Assembly: GCA_023205875.1 (NCBI GenBank)
Contig: CP060754.1
Coordinates: 806,001-870,000, forward strand
Source of the DNA: Chloropicon primus
Lineage: Eukaryota
Length of the DNA: 64,000 nt
Reading direction: 5' to 3'
Positions 1-9,115 of the stretch are shown here, piece after piece. The position numbers and the translations under genes were made by a program. The notes under the pieces were generated by a model that was not told the origin of the DNA, made no database searches, and saw only the letters and a program-made list of their open reading frames with translations. Every line of letters begins with the position of its first letter. Position 1 is the first letter of the stretch.

Positions 1-244
1 CCGCGGCGTAGTCCACCGTCCTGGTCACGTCGTCTGTCCTCCCAGCGCTCTCCAGGCAGCATCCCAGTTTGAGGTCCACCACGAACTTTTGGCCCAGGGC
101 CTCCTCTTCCTTCAGCACGCCGTGCCTCCCGAAGAAGCTTAGACCCTTGAGCACGATCGTATCCCTCCCCCCCCTCGCCACCGCCTCGCTCGCCAGGGCC
201 CTCCGGGCGAACGACACCGCCATAGACGTCATAGACGCTCTCAT
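1..244 (-). CDS. folB: Dihydroneopterin aldolase (5' part; runs off window start)
   Basis: Manual translation from ATG 244 (not in ORF track): MRASMTSMAVSFARRALASEAVARGGRDTIVLKGLSFFGRHGVLKEEEALGQKFVVDLKLG...AGRTDDVTRTVDYAA. Contains FolB motifs GxHGV..EE...GQxF.VD and DD...TVDY. Confidence 0.88.
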   Translation of the reverse strand, partial: MRASMTSMAVSFARRALASEAVARGGRDTIVLKGLSFFGRHGVLKEEEALGQKFVVDLKLGCCLESAGRTDDVTRTVDYAA

Positions 245-300
245 CTCCAGACTTCTTCCCCCCCCCCGACCCCGAAGGCTTGAGCCTCTTGGAGAGGATT

Positions 301-329
301 GAGGGGATCGAGGGGATCGAGGGGATTGA
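301..329. repeat. Short tandem repeat (GAGGGGATC) x3
   Basis: Visible in the intergenic sequence between the folB start and the USP stop. Confidence 0.8.
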
Positions 330-372
330 GAGAGGAGGGGGTCTATTGATTTCGGGGGCAAGAGCAGATAAA

Positions 373-1866
373 TTACACGTTTTCTTTCTTCCTGTAAAGC
401 ACGAGGTAGGTGTCGGAGCTTCCGTCCTCAAGCCCGCTGCCATTCATCTCCCAAATCTCGTCGTCGTCGCAGTGAAACCACCTCTTGTTGAGGTCCTTGA
501 CGCAAGCGGTGTAGTGCCCGCTCTGGAGGCTGTTTCCGTGGTGGGAAATGGTCGCAAAGAGCTCGTACTCGACTGGGGGGCCACCCACGAGGGTGTCCTT
601 CCCCACCACGAGGGAGTCCGGAATCTTGCAAGACTTTGTCAGCTTGATGCTGTGCCCCGAGCTGGTGTAGGAGAACCTCATGAGTTGGACCACCATGACC
701 AAGGGAGGCTTCTCGATCTGGACCGTCTTAGAGGCGACGCCGCCCACGCAGTAGTCGTCGAGGTACTCCGGCACGGAAAACCTCTGCATGGCTTCCGCCA
801 CGCCCTCCACCTCGTCCGACGATATGTCGAGCTGCAAGAAGGTGAACGGCTCGATGCACACGGAGGGCTTGGATCCCTCCGCCCTCACCGTGCTCCTCAG
901 GAGCCCGCCAAAGATCGAGGTGATCCGCGACTTCCTCCCCTCGTTGAGCACCTCCGTGTGCCTCCTCGTCACGCTGGATTTGTTGTTCTTCCCGACCTCC
1001 TCCCAGTCCTCGGCCGGGGCTGGCGAGGCGCCACCGTTCCCCTGGCTCCCCCTGGCTCCCCCCTCCTCGGAAGCGTCGCCGACCTCCTCGATCGCCTTCT
1101 TCCTCAGCGCGATCATCTCCTCGTGGAGCTGGTCCAGGACGTGGAGCAGGAACTCCTGCGCGTCCTGCTGAGGCAGCGAGGCTGGCGTGTCGAACCCCGG
1201 CCCGCTGGTGAGGTTGCAGAACCTCTCGGTGATCTTCTCGAACACGGTGGGGTAAAACGTGGCGCCCCTCGAGGTCGATACGGAGGCCAGCGTCTGCCCC
1301 TGCCTGGCCAGGTCCTCGTCGGAGGTGCCCACCACCACGGACTTGGAGAACTCGACCAGGCTTTCCAGGACGGGCGCGACGTCGCCCGGAAAGCTCTCGC
1401 CCTCCAGCTCACGGAGGAAGCTCCTCACGTCCCTGCACGCGAAGAGAGCGTGGAGCACGGAGTTCAGGAAGCAAGTGTTCCCGTAGTTGTACAGCCCGTG
1501 CGGCACGTACTCCGTGGACGCCAGGCTGTGGAGGCGGGTCGAGTTCCACGCGAACACGTCCTGGCACTTTCGCTTGTCCCAAGACCTCGCGCTGACGGTC
1601 CAGGCCGCCGCCGGCTTCCCAGACGCCGAGGATCCCGCGCCGTTTCCCTCCCTCCCCGCCCCCGTCGCCCCCCGCTCCTGCTCCTCCTGGCCTCCTCCTC
1701 CTGGGCCTCCGTTCTCCCCTCCCCTGTCTGTGAACTGCACCACCTCCTCGAAGCTCCGGTACACGCTCGGCTCCGCGAACACCGACCTCTCAGCGCACTC
1801 GCTCATCAGCCGCGCCGACTCCTCCACGGTGAAGCTCCCGAACCTCACCGTCAACATGGCGTCCAT
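373..1866 (-). CDS. Ubiquitin carboxyl-terminal hydrolase, USP10/UBP24-like (peptidase C19)
   Basis: Cys box GLYNYGNTCFLNSVL, QQDAQEFL, His box HHGNSLQSGHYTA, WFHCDD. Start placed at ATG 1866 (MDAMLTVRFGSF); the ORF track extends to 1995 via a non-ATG start. Confidence 0.9.
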   Translation of the reverse strand: MDAMLTVRFGSFTVEESARLMSECAERSVFAEPSVYRSFEEVVQFTDRGGENGGPGGGGQEEQERGATGAGREGNGAGSSASGKPAAAWTVSARSWDKRKCQDVFAWNSTRLHSLASTEYVPHGLYNYGNTCFLNSVLHALFACRDVRSFLRELEGESFPGDVAPVLESLVEFSKSVVVGTSDEDLARQGQTLASVSTSRGATFYPTVFEKITERFCNLTSGPGFDTPASLPQQDAQEFLLHVLDQLHEEMIALRKKAIEEVGDASEEGGARGSQGNGGASPAPAEDWEEVGKNNKSSVTRRHTEVLNEGRKSRITSIFGGLLRSTVRAEGSKPSVCIEPFTFLQLDISSDEVEGVAEAMQRFSVPEYLDDYCVGGVASKTVQIEKPPLVMVVQLMRFSYTSSGHSIKLTKSCKIPDSLVVGKDTLVGGPPVEYELFATISHHGNSLQSGHYTACVKDLNKRWFHCDDDEIWEMNGSGLEDGSSDTYLVLYRKKENV

Positions 1867-2247
1867 CCCACTGGCCCTGGCACGCACGAGGCACGAGTTC
1901 AGTTCCCCTCGTACGCTCGCACCCTCTTCGATCCTGTTTGGACGAGCGGTCGTCAAACGAAAGATCGAGGCACGAAGCGTCTCCCCTACGCCCACAGGCC
2001 CCTCGTGATCACCTCCAGGGCCTCACCGTCGCCGTCGTCGCCGTCGTCGTCGTCGCGGCCTCCCGCTGGCTGCTCTGGGCGCTCTTCTCTGGGTGGATGG
2101 AAATTTCCATAACCCATAAGTGATGTAAGGATTACACTCACGCATAGACTATATGGCGGCGGCGGAAAAACAAACCACCAAACAAAGAGAGAGGGTGCGT
2201 TCGCTGACGAGCAGCACACCAACGACACACTTGTCGACAACAGAGAG

Positions 2248-2503
2248 GTAAGGAGTTGGCCTTGAACGACGGGGGTGGCGCGGGGGAGAGGGAGGACAGA
2301 GCGTGGGTGGGATCTTTCGTCGCCGCACTTCTTGCGTGGTCGCAGAAGAGGGCCTTTTGTCTTTTGTGTTTTCGTGAGGAAGACGAGGAGAGGTTGCCCC
2401 CGTGCGAGAGAGTCCTCGGCGCGAGGAGAGAGGGGGAGGGAGAGAGACCTCGAAGTGGATCTTGTTGCTGACGTCCGCCTTTTGCCTTTCCTTGTCCACG
2501 CAG
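2248..2503 (+). other. Putative 5'-UTR intron upstream of RPS10
   Basis: GTAAGG donor at 2248, GCTGAC branch-like site near 2467, pyrimidine tract, CAG acceptor at 2501-2503. Confidence 0.45.
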
Positions 2504-2602
2504 TTTGTCCAAAAAGCTATTTCGCGGGAGTCGAGTTGGCCTAGAGTCGACGCGTTCAGAAGTGCTCCTACCCCCTATTAAGTACCACCACCACCAGCAA
2601 CC

Positions 2603-3067
2603 ATGTTGATTCCAAAGAAGAACAGGATCGAGATCTACAAGTACCTCTTCAGAGAGGGAGTCTTGTACGCCGAGAAGGACTTCAACCTTCCAAAGCACCC
2701 TTCCATTGACGTGCCTAACTTGCAGGTCATCAAGCTCATGCAGAGCTTGAAGTCCAAGGAGTTCGTCACCGAGCAGTTCGCCTGGAGGCACTACTACTGG
2801 TTCCTGACCAACGAGGGAATCGAGCACCTCAGGGAGTACCTCAACTTGCCTTCCGAGATCGTTCCAAACACCTTGAAGAAGTCCACTAGGAACATGGAGC
2901 GCAGGCCTATGGGCGACAGGCCTCCAAGAAGGGACCGCGGAGAGAGAGACGGCTACAGAGGAGCCCCTGGTGGATACGGAAGAGGTGCCGCCATGGACAA
3001 GGGAAGCGCTCCAGGAGACTTCCAGCCAGGCTTCGGCAGAGGCGGAGCTCCACCAGCCCCTCAGTAA
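2603..3067 (+). CDS. RPS10: 40S ribosomal protein S10 (eS10)
   Basis: [20 protein letters not shown]...[49 protein letters not shown] is the eS10 signature; RG-rich tail. Confidence 0.97.
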   Translation: MLIPKKNRIEIYKYLFREGVLYAEKDFNLPKHPSIDVPNLQVIKLMQSLKSKEFVTEQFAWRHYYWFLTNEGIEHLREYLNLPSEIVPNTLKKSTRNMERRPMGDRPPRRDRGERDGYRGAPGGYGRGAAMDKGSAPGDFQPGFGRGGAPPAPQ

Positions 3068-3256
3068 GTTGGGCGAAAGGGGATCTTGTACAGAGCATTA
3101 AAGTAATAGTTAAGCCTCTAGTATTTCCCATATTAAAAAATAAGATACAAAAGGAAAGCAGCGGCCCTCAGTCTCTCCCCTTTCGTCCCCCCCCCAAAAA
3201 AAAAATATATATATAATGATGTTACAGTCAGCCAGCTCCACAGCACGCGATGCTCT

Positions 3257-4636
3257 TCAGTCCCGGTGGTGGAACACTATTTTCTTGCTGTCAAGCAGGA
3301 GCAGAGCTTCGTGCTCGAGGGCGAAGCTGTGGTGGGGATCCGACCCGAACTCCCTGCTCGAGCGAAAGCGGTGGTTCTCAAAGTAATGCCAGTTGGGCAC
3401 CTTCTCCTTGAACGCCGTAGTCCCCACGCCGTAGATATCGAGCCTGTCGCACATCTGGAGCAAAAAGTACGTGCCCACCCAGCCACTGGATGGCGAGCCC
3501 TTCCCCGGGTACGGCTTCCCCCGAATACCTTCCATTCGCCTCTTGAGCTCCCTTAGGACTTCCCCGGCACAGTTCACGGCCTCGCGAGACAGGAGCATCG
3601 ACGAGATGTCCCTCCTCTTGTTCTTCAACTTTCCGGCAATCCGAAGGAAGGCGCGCCAGTCCGTCCTGCTCACCACGAGGGTCGCGTTCTGCTCGAGCTG
3701 CAGCTTGCTGCTCGTCGTATAGGCCGACGCCCACTTGCTGTTGATCAGCCGGAAGGTCGTCTTCTTCCCCACGTGCTTCTCGAAACCCACGGTGGTTGCC
3801 TGGTTCAGCCTCATCACCGCGTCGTGCTCGTCGATTTCCTCTCCGTGAGACTTCTTCAGGAGGCTCCTGGCGTTCCCAACGAGCGCGCAGGTTTTGTACC
3901 TCGTGCTCGGTTTGCCGTCCTCCGGCACGAGCTCCTTCTGAGACTCGGTCAGGCGGACCTTGTGAGGACCCTTTTTGGACGAACCGGAGTGGGTCTCCCC
4001 AATGGTCGTCTGACTGGCGAACAGCTTGTGGATCACCTCCTCGTCCATCAGGTAGGTCAGGTTGTTGAAGATCGAATCAATCTCGGCGCCGGTGAACGGC
4101 AGCTCCTCTTCCTTCTCGTCTGCTGCTACGACAGCGCTCCCCTCCCCCTGCTGACCCTCCCCCTGCGAGGGAGTGGTCGCCCCAGCGTCGCTTCCTCCGC
4201 TCCCTTGGCCTCCCACGGCCGGGACCCCTTCTTCCCCGCCAGCCAGGCTGGCCTGCCTCGGCGGCCCTCGCCTCCCCCGCCGCCTCCTGGGGTTCCTTGG
4301 GCGTGGCTGTGGCGGTGGCTTTGGCGCGTTCGTCACCACAGCCATGGGTCTCTTGACCTCCCTGATCCCGTCGTGGAGAAAGTTCTCCGCGGCTATCGCC
4401 TGCAGGCTCTCTTTCAACTCATCCCTGGGCTCCTCCCCCTCCACCCACGCCCCCGGATCCTCCTCCAGCAGCTCCTTCTCCACGAACCCGTGCGAGAGCC
4501 ACTCCACCTCCTCGTTGAACACCTCCCTCACTTGGACCTGCTGGTACAGAAACACGCCACAGAACAGGCAGCCCAGGAGGACGCAGAAGAACAGGACCCG
4601 GCCAGAGACCTTCCTCCTTCCTCCCCGCTTCTCCAT
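3257..4636 (-). CDS. Sialyltransferase-like glycosyltransferase (GT29), type II membrane protein
   Basis: N-terminal basic tail plus TM helix; motif L (CALVGNA...GEEIDEHDAVMRLN...GFEKHVGKKTTFR), motif S (PSSGWVG...MCDRLDIYG), motif III (HYFE), motif VS (HSFALE). Start ATG 4636. Confidence 0.9.
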   Translation of the reverse strand: MEKRGGRRKVSGRVLFFCVLLGCLFCGVFLYQQVQVREVFNEEVEWLSHGFVEKELLEEDPGAWVEGEEPRDELKESLQAIAAENFLHDGIREVKRPMAVVTNAPKPPPQPRPRNPRRRRGRRGPPRQASLAGGEEGVPAVGGQGSGGSDAGATTPSQGEGQQGEGSAVVAADEKEEELPFTGAEIDSIFNNLTYLMDEEVIHKLFASQTTIGETHSGSSKKGPHKVRLTESQKELVPEDGKPSTRYKTCALVGNARSLLKKSHGEEIDEHDAVMRLNQATTVGFEKHVGKKTTFRLINSKWASAYTTSSKLQLEQNATLVVSRTDWRAFLRIAGKLKNKRRDISSMLLSREAVNCAGEVLRELKRRMEGIRGKPYPGKGSPSSGWVGTYFLLQMCDRLDIYGVGTTAFKEKVPNWHYFENHRFRSSREFGSDPHHSFALEHEALLLLDSKKIVFHHRD

Positions 4637-4825
4637 CCTTCCAATTCCCTCCCAGGGAACGGAGTGCACACACAAGACCCCTCCTCCTCCTCCTACTGAT
4701 TCCGATCTCCCTGTCGTGTGACGCCGGCCAGGAGGGAAAAAAGAAAAAAGGCGAGCTGGAGGTGTGGGCGAGTGGAGGGGGGAGAGTGTTGTGTTGTGTT
4801 GTGTTTTGGGGAGGAGAGGGGAGGA

Positions 4826-5776
4826 ATGGGAGAGGGAGGGAGGCAAGGTGGAGGCAAGGTGGAGGAGAAGGAGGAGGCGCACTTCGATGGGGGGCACTTC
4901 ACGCACGCCGAGGCGCTCAGGCCGTACAAGCTCCTGCTCTCTGGGGCCGTGGCAGGAGTGGTGAGCAGGACCTCGACGGCGCCCATTGACAGGCTAAGGA
5001 TGCTTTTCCAGGTCCACGAGTCGAGGTCGAGGATGACCATCATGCAGGGCGTGAGGAAGATGGCCGCGGAGGGGACAATCAAGTCCTTCTTCAGGGGTAA
5101 CGGGGCCAACTGCTTGAAGATAGCGCCGGAGACAGCGCTCAAGTTTGCCATCAACGACCGGATCAAGAGGTTCGTTTGCAACGGGGGCGACACGTCCAAA
5201 ATGGGGTACTTCGAGAGGCTCCTCTCCGGAGGAATTTCCGGCGGCATAGCGCAGGGATCGATCTACCCGCTGGAGATGATCAGGACGCGCCTGGGCGTGG
5301 CTCCTGTTGGTACCTACGTCGGCATCACGGACTGTGCGAGGCAGGTGTACACTAAGGAGGGGGTGAGAGCGCTCTACAGGGGCCTCGCCCCCTCCATGTC
5401 CGGAATCATCCCCTACGCCGGGACAGACATCGCGACGTTCGAGATCGTAAAGCAGAAGATGGTGGAGTACTACGGAGGAGAGCCCCCTGGATACGTCCTC
5501 ATTGGTACGGGAATGTTCGCGTCGAGCGTGGCGCAGCTCGTCTCGTACCCCTTTGCCCTCGTGCGGACGAGGCTCCAGGCCCAAGGAATGGGAGGAGAAA
5601 CCAATAAGTACAACGGGATGATCGACGTGGTCGTGAAGACGGTGAGGAGGGAGGGCATGACCGGACTGTACAAGGGCATCGTGCCGAACCTCTTGAAGCT
5701 GGCTCCAGCCGCGGGCATCAGCTGGTACACGTTCGAGAAGACCAAAATCGCCCTGGGCATCGACATCAGGTCGTAG
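4826..5776 (+). CDS. Mitochondrial carrier family protein, ATP-Mg/Pi carrier (SCaMC/APC)-like, no EF-hand domain
   Basis: Carrier repeats (APIDRLR, YPLEMIRTRL, YPFALVRTRLQ), FFRGNGANCLKIAPETALKF and IIPYAGTD motifs. Start ATG 4826. Confidence 0.88.
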   Translation: MGEGGRQGGGKVEEKEEAHFDGGHFTHAEALRPYKLLLSGAVAGVVSRTSTAPIDRLRMLFQVHESRSRMTIMQGVRKMAAEGTIKSFFRGNGANCLKIAPETALKFAINDRIKRFVCNGGDTSKMGYFERLLSGGISGGIAQGSIYPLEMIRTRLGVAPVGTYVGITDCARQVYTKEGVRALYRGLAPSMSGIIPYAGTDIATFEIVKQKMVEYYGGEPPGYVLIGTGMFASSVAQLVSYPFALVRTRLQAQGMGGETNKYNGMIDVVVKTVRREGMTGLYKGIVPNLLKLAPAAGISWYTFEKTKIALGIDIRS

Positions 5777-5843
5777 GATAAAGTATATACAAACCAGAAT
5801 TAGTAATCGACGAGGCAGACAGGCTGCAGAGAGGACACCGCCA

Positions 5844-6629
5844 TCAGCCGTGGTCTCTCGGCATCGCAGTGGAAGACTCCTGCGCCCCGCCTTCGCCGAC
5901 TCTGGAGGCCGCCCTTATTTCCCTCACGTAGGGCAGATCCTCGGCCCTCGACAGGGCCGAGGCATTCGCATCCAAGACCTCCTTCGGCAGGTTCCCGACA
6001 ACGAAGCCTTTGGCTTCCCCCCTGGAGTCGAGGTACTCCCAGTGCGGGATGCCGTCCACCCTGTACTCAGACATCTCTTCGGCCCACTTCGGATTGTCCA
6101 CGTTCAGCATGACAAAGTTCACCTTCTCGCCGTACCGATCCTTGATCTTCGAGGTTCCGAGGAAGAGTCAGCAGCACCAGTTAGTCGCTTCCACGGTCCC
6201 GCCCAAAAGCGAGAGCCTTCCCTGGCTTACCTTGGCCGAATCCTGGGCGACCGATTTGCAAACGCTGCACCAGTCCGCGTAAAACTCCACGATAGAGGGC
6301 CGCCCATTGGCAAGCGCGGCGTCCAGGGGGACAGAGTCCGCGGCGAAATCTGCCAAGGAGGCCACCCCTCCGCCCGCAGCCCTGCTCAGGAGGAAGAGGG
6401 CCACTCCCAGACCAAAGCCCGCCGGGGCCAGGAGTCGCGGGGCACCACCACCAGCTGCTTCCTCCTGGGCTCTCGCTGTGACGCCACCCCCGCGCCGGTC
6501 AGCCGTAAGCGTTTCCCTGGCCAGCCCCCTTGCATGGTGAGCCCCAAGCCGAGCGCTGGCCTTTCCTTTGGGCTGCCCGGGGCACGGGAGGCCAACAACC
6601 CGTCGTCGTTGCGCTCCTTGCCTCGCCAT
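5844..6629 (-). CDS. HCF164: Thioredoxin-like protein HCF164 (2 exons: 6629-6231, 6146-5844)
   Basis: Transit peptide plus TM, then VEFYADWCSVC active site; spliced continuation IKDRYGEKVNFVMLNVDNPKW...VDGIPH...VVGNLPKEVL; C-terminal PRDHG. Confidence 0.85.
6147..6230 (-). other. Spliceosomal intron, 84 bp, phase 0
   Basis: GTAAGC donor, TGCTGAC branch, AAG acceptor; removes an in-frame stop and joins two thioredoxin ORFs in frame. Confidence 0.85.
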
Positions 6630-6732
6630 CACTCAGGCAGGATTTGTGATTGAGAAGAAAACGGTTCCCCTTCCTCGAGGAGCGAGAGGCCAAGGGGAAA
6701 CCGAAGGAAGTCCAAAGCAGTAATTGATCGGG

Positions 6733-8697
6733 TTACAAAACTTTTTCCGTCTTCCTGGAAGACAGGAGCCAAGGCTTCGCTTTCGTTTTCCTGGTTGTGC
6801 TATAATATTTCAGGAAGCGGCGAGCGATGAGCTGCAGGGACCACCCGAGGGCAAGCTTGAGACAAAAGAGGACCAACCAGAGACACAGGGCGCAGGCCAC
6901 AAAACAAGCCATGCTGAGCGTGCTGGCGCAATTCCGCCAGGACCTGCCCACGAGCGGGACCGCGATGCGCAGGAGGATCGAGGCCGGCACCAGGGGGTTG
7001 AACTTCACGATCCTGTACCCGTTGATGGAGCTCGAGGCCACCGTCTTCTCGCACATGTCCTTGAGGTACTCAGAGTACACTCCCGGCTTCAAGTTCTGGA
7101 ACTTTCCGACAAAGGCGTGCTTCATGATGTCCACAACGATCTCCGTCCCGAGCACCATGCCGCACTGGACTGCCAGCTTGTAGGAGGGCAAGTACGCGTT
7201 CGTCAAAAGCATGTTCTCGATCAGGACGAACAGCAAGCAGATGGAAATGTGAAAGTGCTCCACGATGTCCTGCATCGACAGGGTCCACAACCTCGTCACG
7301 TTCATGTTCTTGAAGACGGTTCCCTTGAGCTCGGCAAAGTTGTTCGACACGAGAAGCGCCAGGAGGGAGCTGCTCGCCGAATTCAGCACCACGTTGAAGG
7401 CGACCGCCTCCAGCATGATGATCAAGCAGTGAAGGCACATGACCAGAAGGGTCACGAAAAAGTCTACAACCACCCTCACGTTGTCCGCCCTCCCACCCTT
7501 GCCCGCGGGGTACTTTCGCCCGCCCCTCGCGCTCCTGCCACCCAGCAGCATGGAGCACGACGCCGCCAGGGTCTCCAGGCAGTCCGAACTCAAGGAACCA
7601 CAAATCTTGTCAAAGATTTCGAGCATCGTCAGGACCACATACAGCTTGATCACCTCCTGAGCGTGAATGTAGTGGAAAGCCTCGCTGGTCTTCCACTGCA
7701 GGAGCACGTAGCAGGACAGGAAAACCAGTGCCAGCCACAAAATGTCGCAGAGGTAGTCCGGTAGAGTCTGCGCGAGCGCTTCCTTGTCCTTGTCCTTGTC
7801 GCCCCCGCGGTCGTCCTTGTCGCCGTTCTGCGCGCTTTGATCCTTCCTCTTCTTCTTCTTTTTCGTCGGCGTCCCCGCCTTACCTGCCCCTCTATCGCCC
7901 CCTTCCGCCTTCTTCCCCCGGGCGAGCCGCCTCACCAGCGAGAGGATGCTCGAAAAGTCTTGGTTCCGCCAGTTGCAGAGCGCGAGGTAAACCATGTAAG
8001 CCGCCCGGAGCGGCACCAGGGTGAAGACCGCGAGGAAGGAATCCAAGCAAAGCAGCAGCCCGAACAGAAGCATCCTTTCGTATTGTAATGGTACATAGAT
8101 CAGAGTATTGTACACCCTCTCGCGCTCGTTCAGGTCCAGAATGCCCTCCTGCTCCGATATGGATTTCACGACGCCAAACTCCGACACGGCGTAGTTCTCG
8201 AAGCTGCATCCTGGCTCGTCCTCCCACCCCTCCTCCTTCTTCTCAAGATCCCTATTTGAAGCTGTTATCGGCTCGAGCTTGGACTCGAGGATCGTCGACT
8301 GACTCGGCTTCTTTGCGGCCAAGATGCTGGTCGAGTAGCGCTCGAGGGAGGCCCTCTTCCGTTCGCGCACAACGTGCCTGTCGCTCTTCGGTCGCGGAGA
8401 GTACTCGATGTCCGAGATCCCGTCGTCGTTGCTGTACACCTTATCCGGGGACGACATGGTCGGCGGATAAATCTGGTCCAGCTGAGGAAGCTGCGACATG
8501 CTCCCGCTCCCTCTCCTGTGTTTGATTTTTCCCGGGCTCGCCTCTGGCGTGACATTGACACCTCCACCCAATACCCCGTTCCCGTTCCCGTCCCCGCCCT
8601 CCCCCGAGTTCGAGGTCACCGGATCCGGAAGGCTCCTCGCGGACTTGATCCCGCCCTCCCCCTCCCCCTCCTCCTCCCTTCCTGACATCCCACTCAT
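6733..8697 (-). CDS. TAPT1/POD1/EMP65-family ER membrane protein (DUF747)
   Basis: RERVYNTL..VP...ERMLLFG..LCLDSFL..FT..PLR, IKLYVV..MLEIFDK, LLVSNNFAELKGTVFK, VDIMKHAFVGKF; multiple TM segments. Confidence 0.88.
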   Translation of the reverse strand: MSGMSGREEEGEGEGGIKSARSLPDPVTSNSGEGGDGNGNGVLGGGVNVTPEASPGKIKHRRGSGSMSQLPQLDQIYPPTMSSPDKVYSNDDGISDIEYSPRPKSDRHVVRERKRASLERYSTSILAAKKPSQSTILESKLEPITASNRDLEKKEEGWEDEPGCSFENYAVSEFGVVKSISEQEGILDLNERERVYNTLIYVPLQYERMLLFGLLLCLDSFLAVFTLVPLRAAYMVYLALCNWRNQDFSSILSLVRRLARGKKAEGGDRGAGKAGTPTKKKKKRKDQSAQNGDKDDRGGDKDKDKEALAQTLPDYLCDILWLALVFLSCYVLLQWKTSEAFHYIHAQEVIKLYVVLTMLEIFDKICGSLSSDCLETLAASCSMLLGGRSARGGRKYPAGKGGRADNVRVVVDFFVTLLVMCLHCLIIMLEAVAFNVVLNSASSSLLALLVSNNFAELKGTVFKNMNVTRLWTLSMQDIVEHFHISICLLFVLIENMLLTNAYLPSYKLAVQCGMVLGTEIVVDIMKHAFVGKFQNLKPGVYSEYLKDMCEKTVASSSINGYRIVKFNPLVPASILLRIAVPLVGRSWRNCASTLSMACFVACALCLWLVLFCLKLALGWSLQLIARRFLKYYSTTRKTKAKPWLLSSRKTEKVL

Positions 8698-9115
8698 CCT
8701 GTCACTCACTCGCAAAACCAATCAATCTCAAGTCCGTCTTTTTTTTCCTGTTCTCCTGCTTCCCCTCGTCGCGCACGTCTCTGCGCGCGCACTCGTTCGT
8801 ACACACCTCTGTGTTGTATCTTCTCCTCTACGTTTCGATCCCCCGTCCTCGCCCTCGCCCTCGCCCTCGCCCTCGTCCTTCCCCTTCCTCTCCTCCCTCC
8901 CCTCGCCCTCGCCCCCCAAAAGTTTGGTTCGTGGCGGGGCCCCTCCATAGGAGGAGGAAAACGAAGCGATCTGAAAAATTAAACCCGAGCTGTTAGACGT
9001 TGAGGAGGGACGGGACCAAGGCGGGACCTTTGGAAGTGCAGAGGCCAGGAGAGGCCAGGACACGGGAGCACGATGGGAGAATGGGGGGAGAGGTTGAAGG
9101 TCACACAATGGTGTG

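Noticed and set aside
280..2112. 610-aa plus-strand ORF (and similar long shadow ORFs at 15476-17020, 34136-36472, 46122-47765, 55919-57823, 56362-57906, 56591-58084)
   Set aside because: Antisense or off-frame shadows of clear genes, expected from high GC3 codon usage; no recognisable motifs.
1986..2117. 43-codon minus-strand ORF (MGYGNFHPP...) upstream of the USP gene
   Set aside because: Low-complexity GAC-repeat content and no recognisable homology; could be a uORF but unsupported.
2118..2208. Possible C/D-box snoRNA (TGATGT...CTGA) near RPS10
   Set aside because: Imperfect C box, no terminal stem or rRNA-complementary guide recognised.
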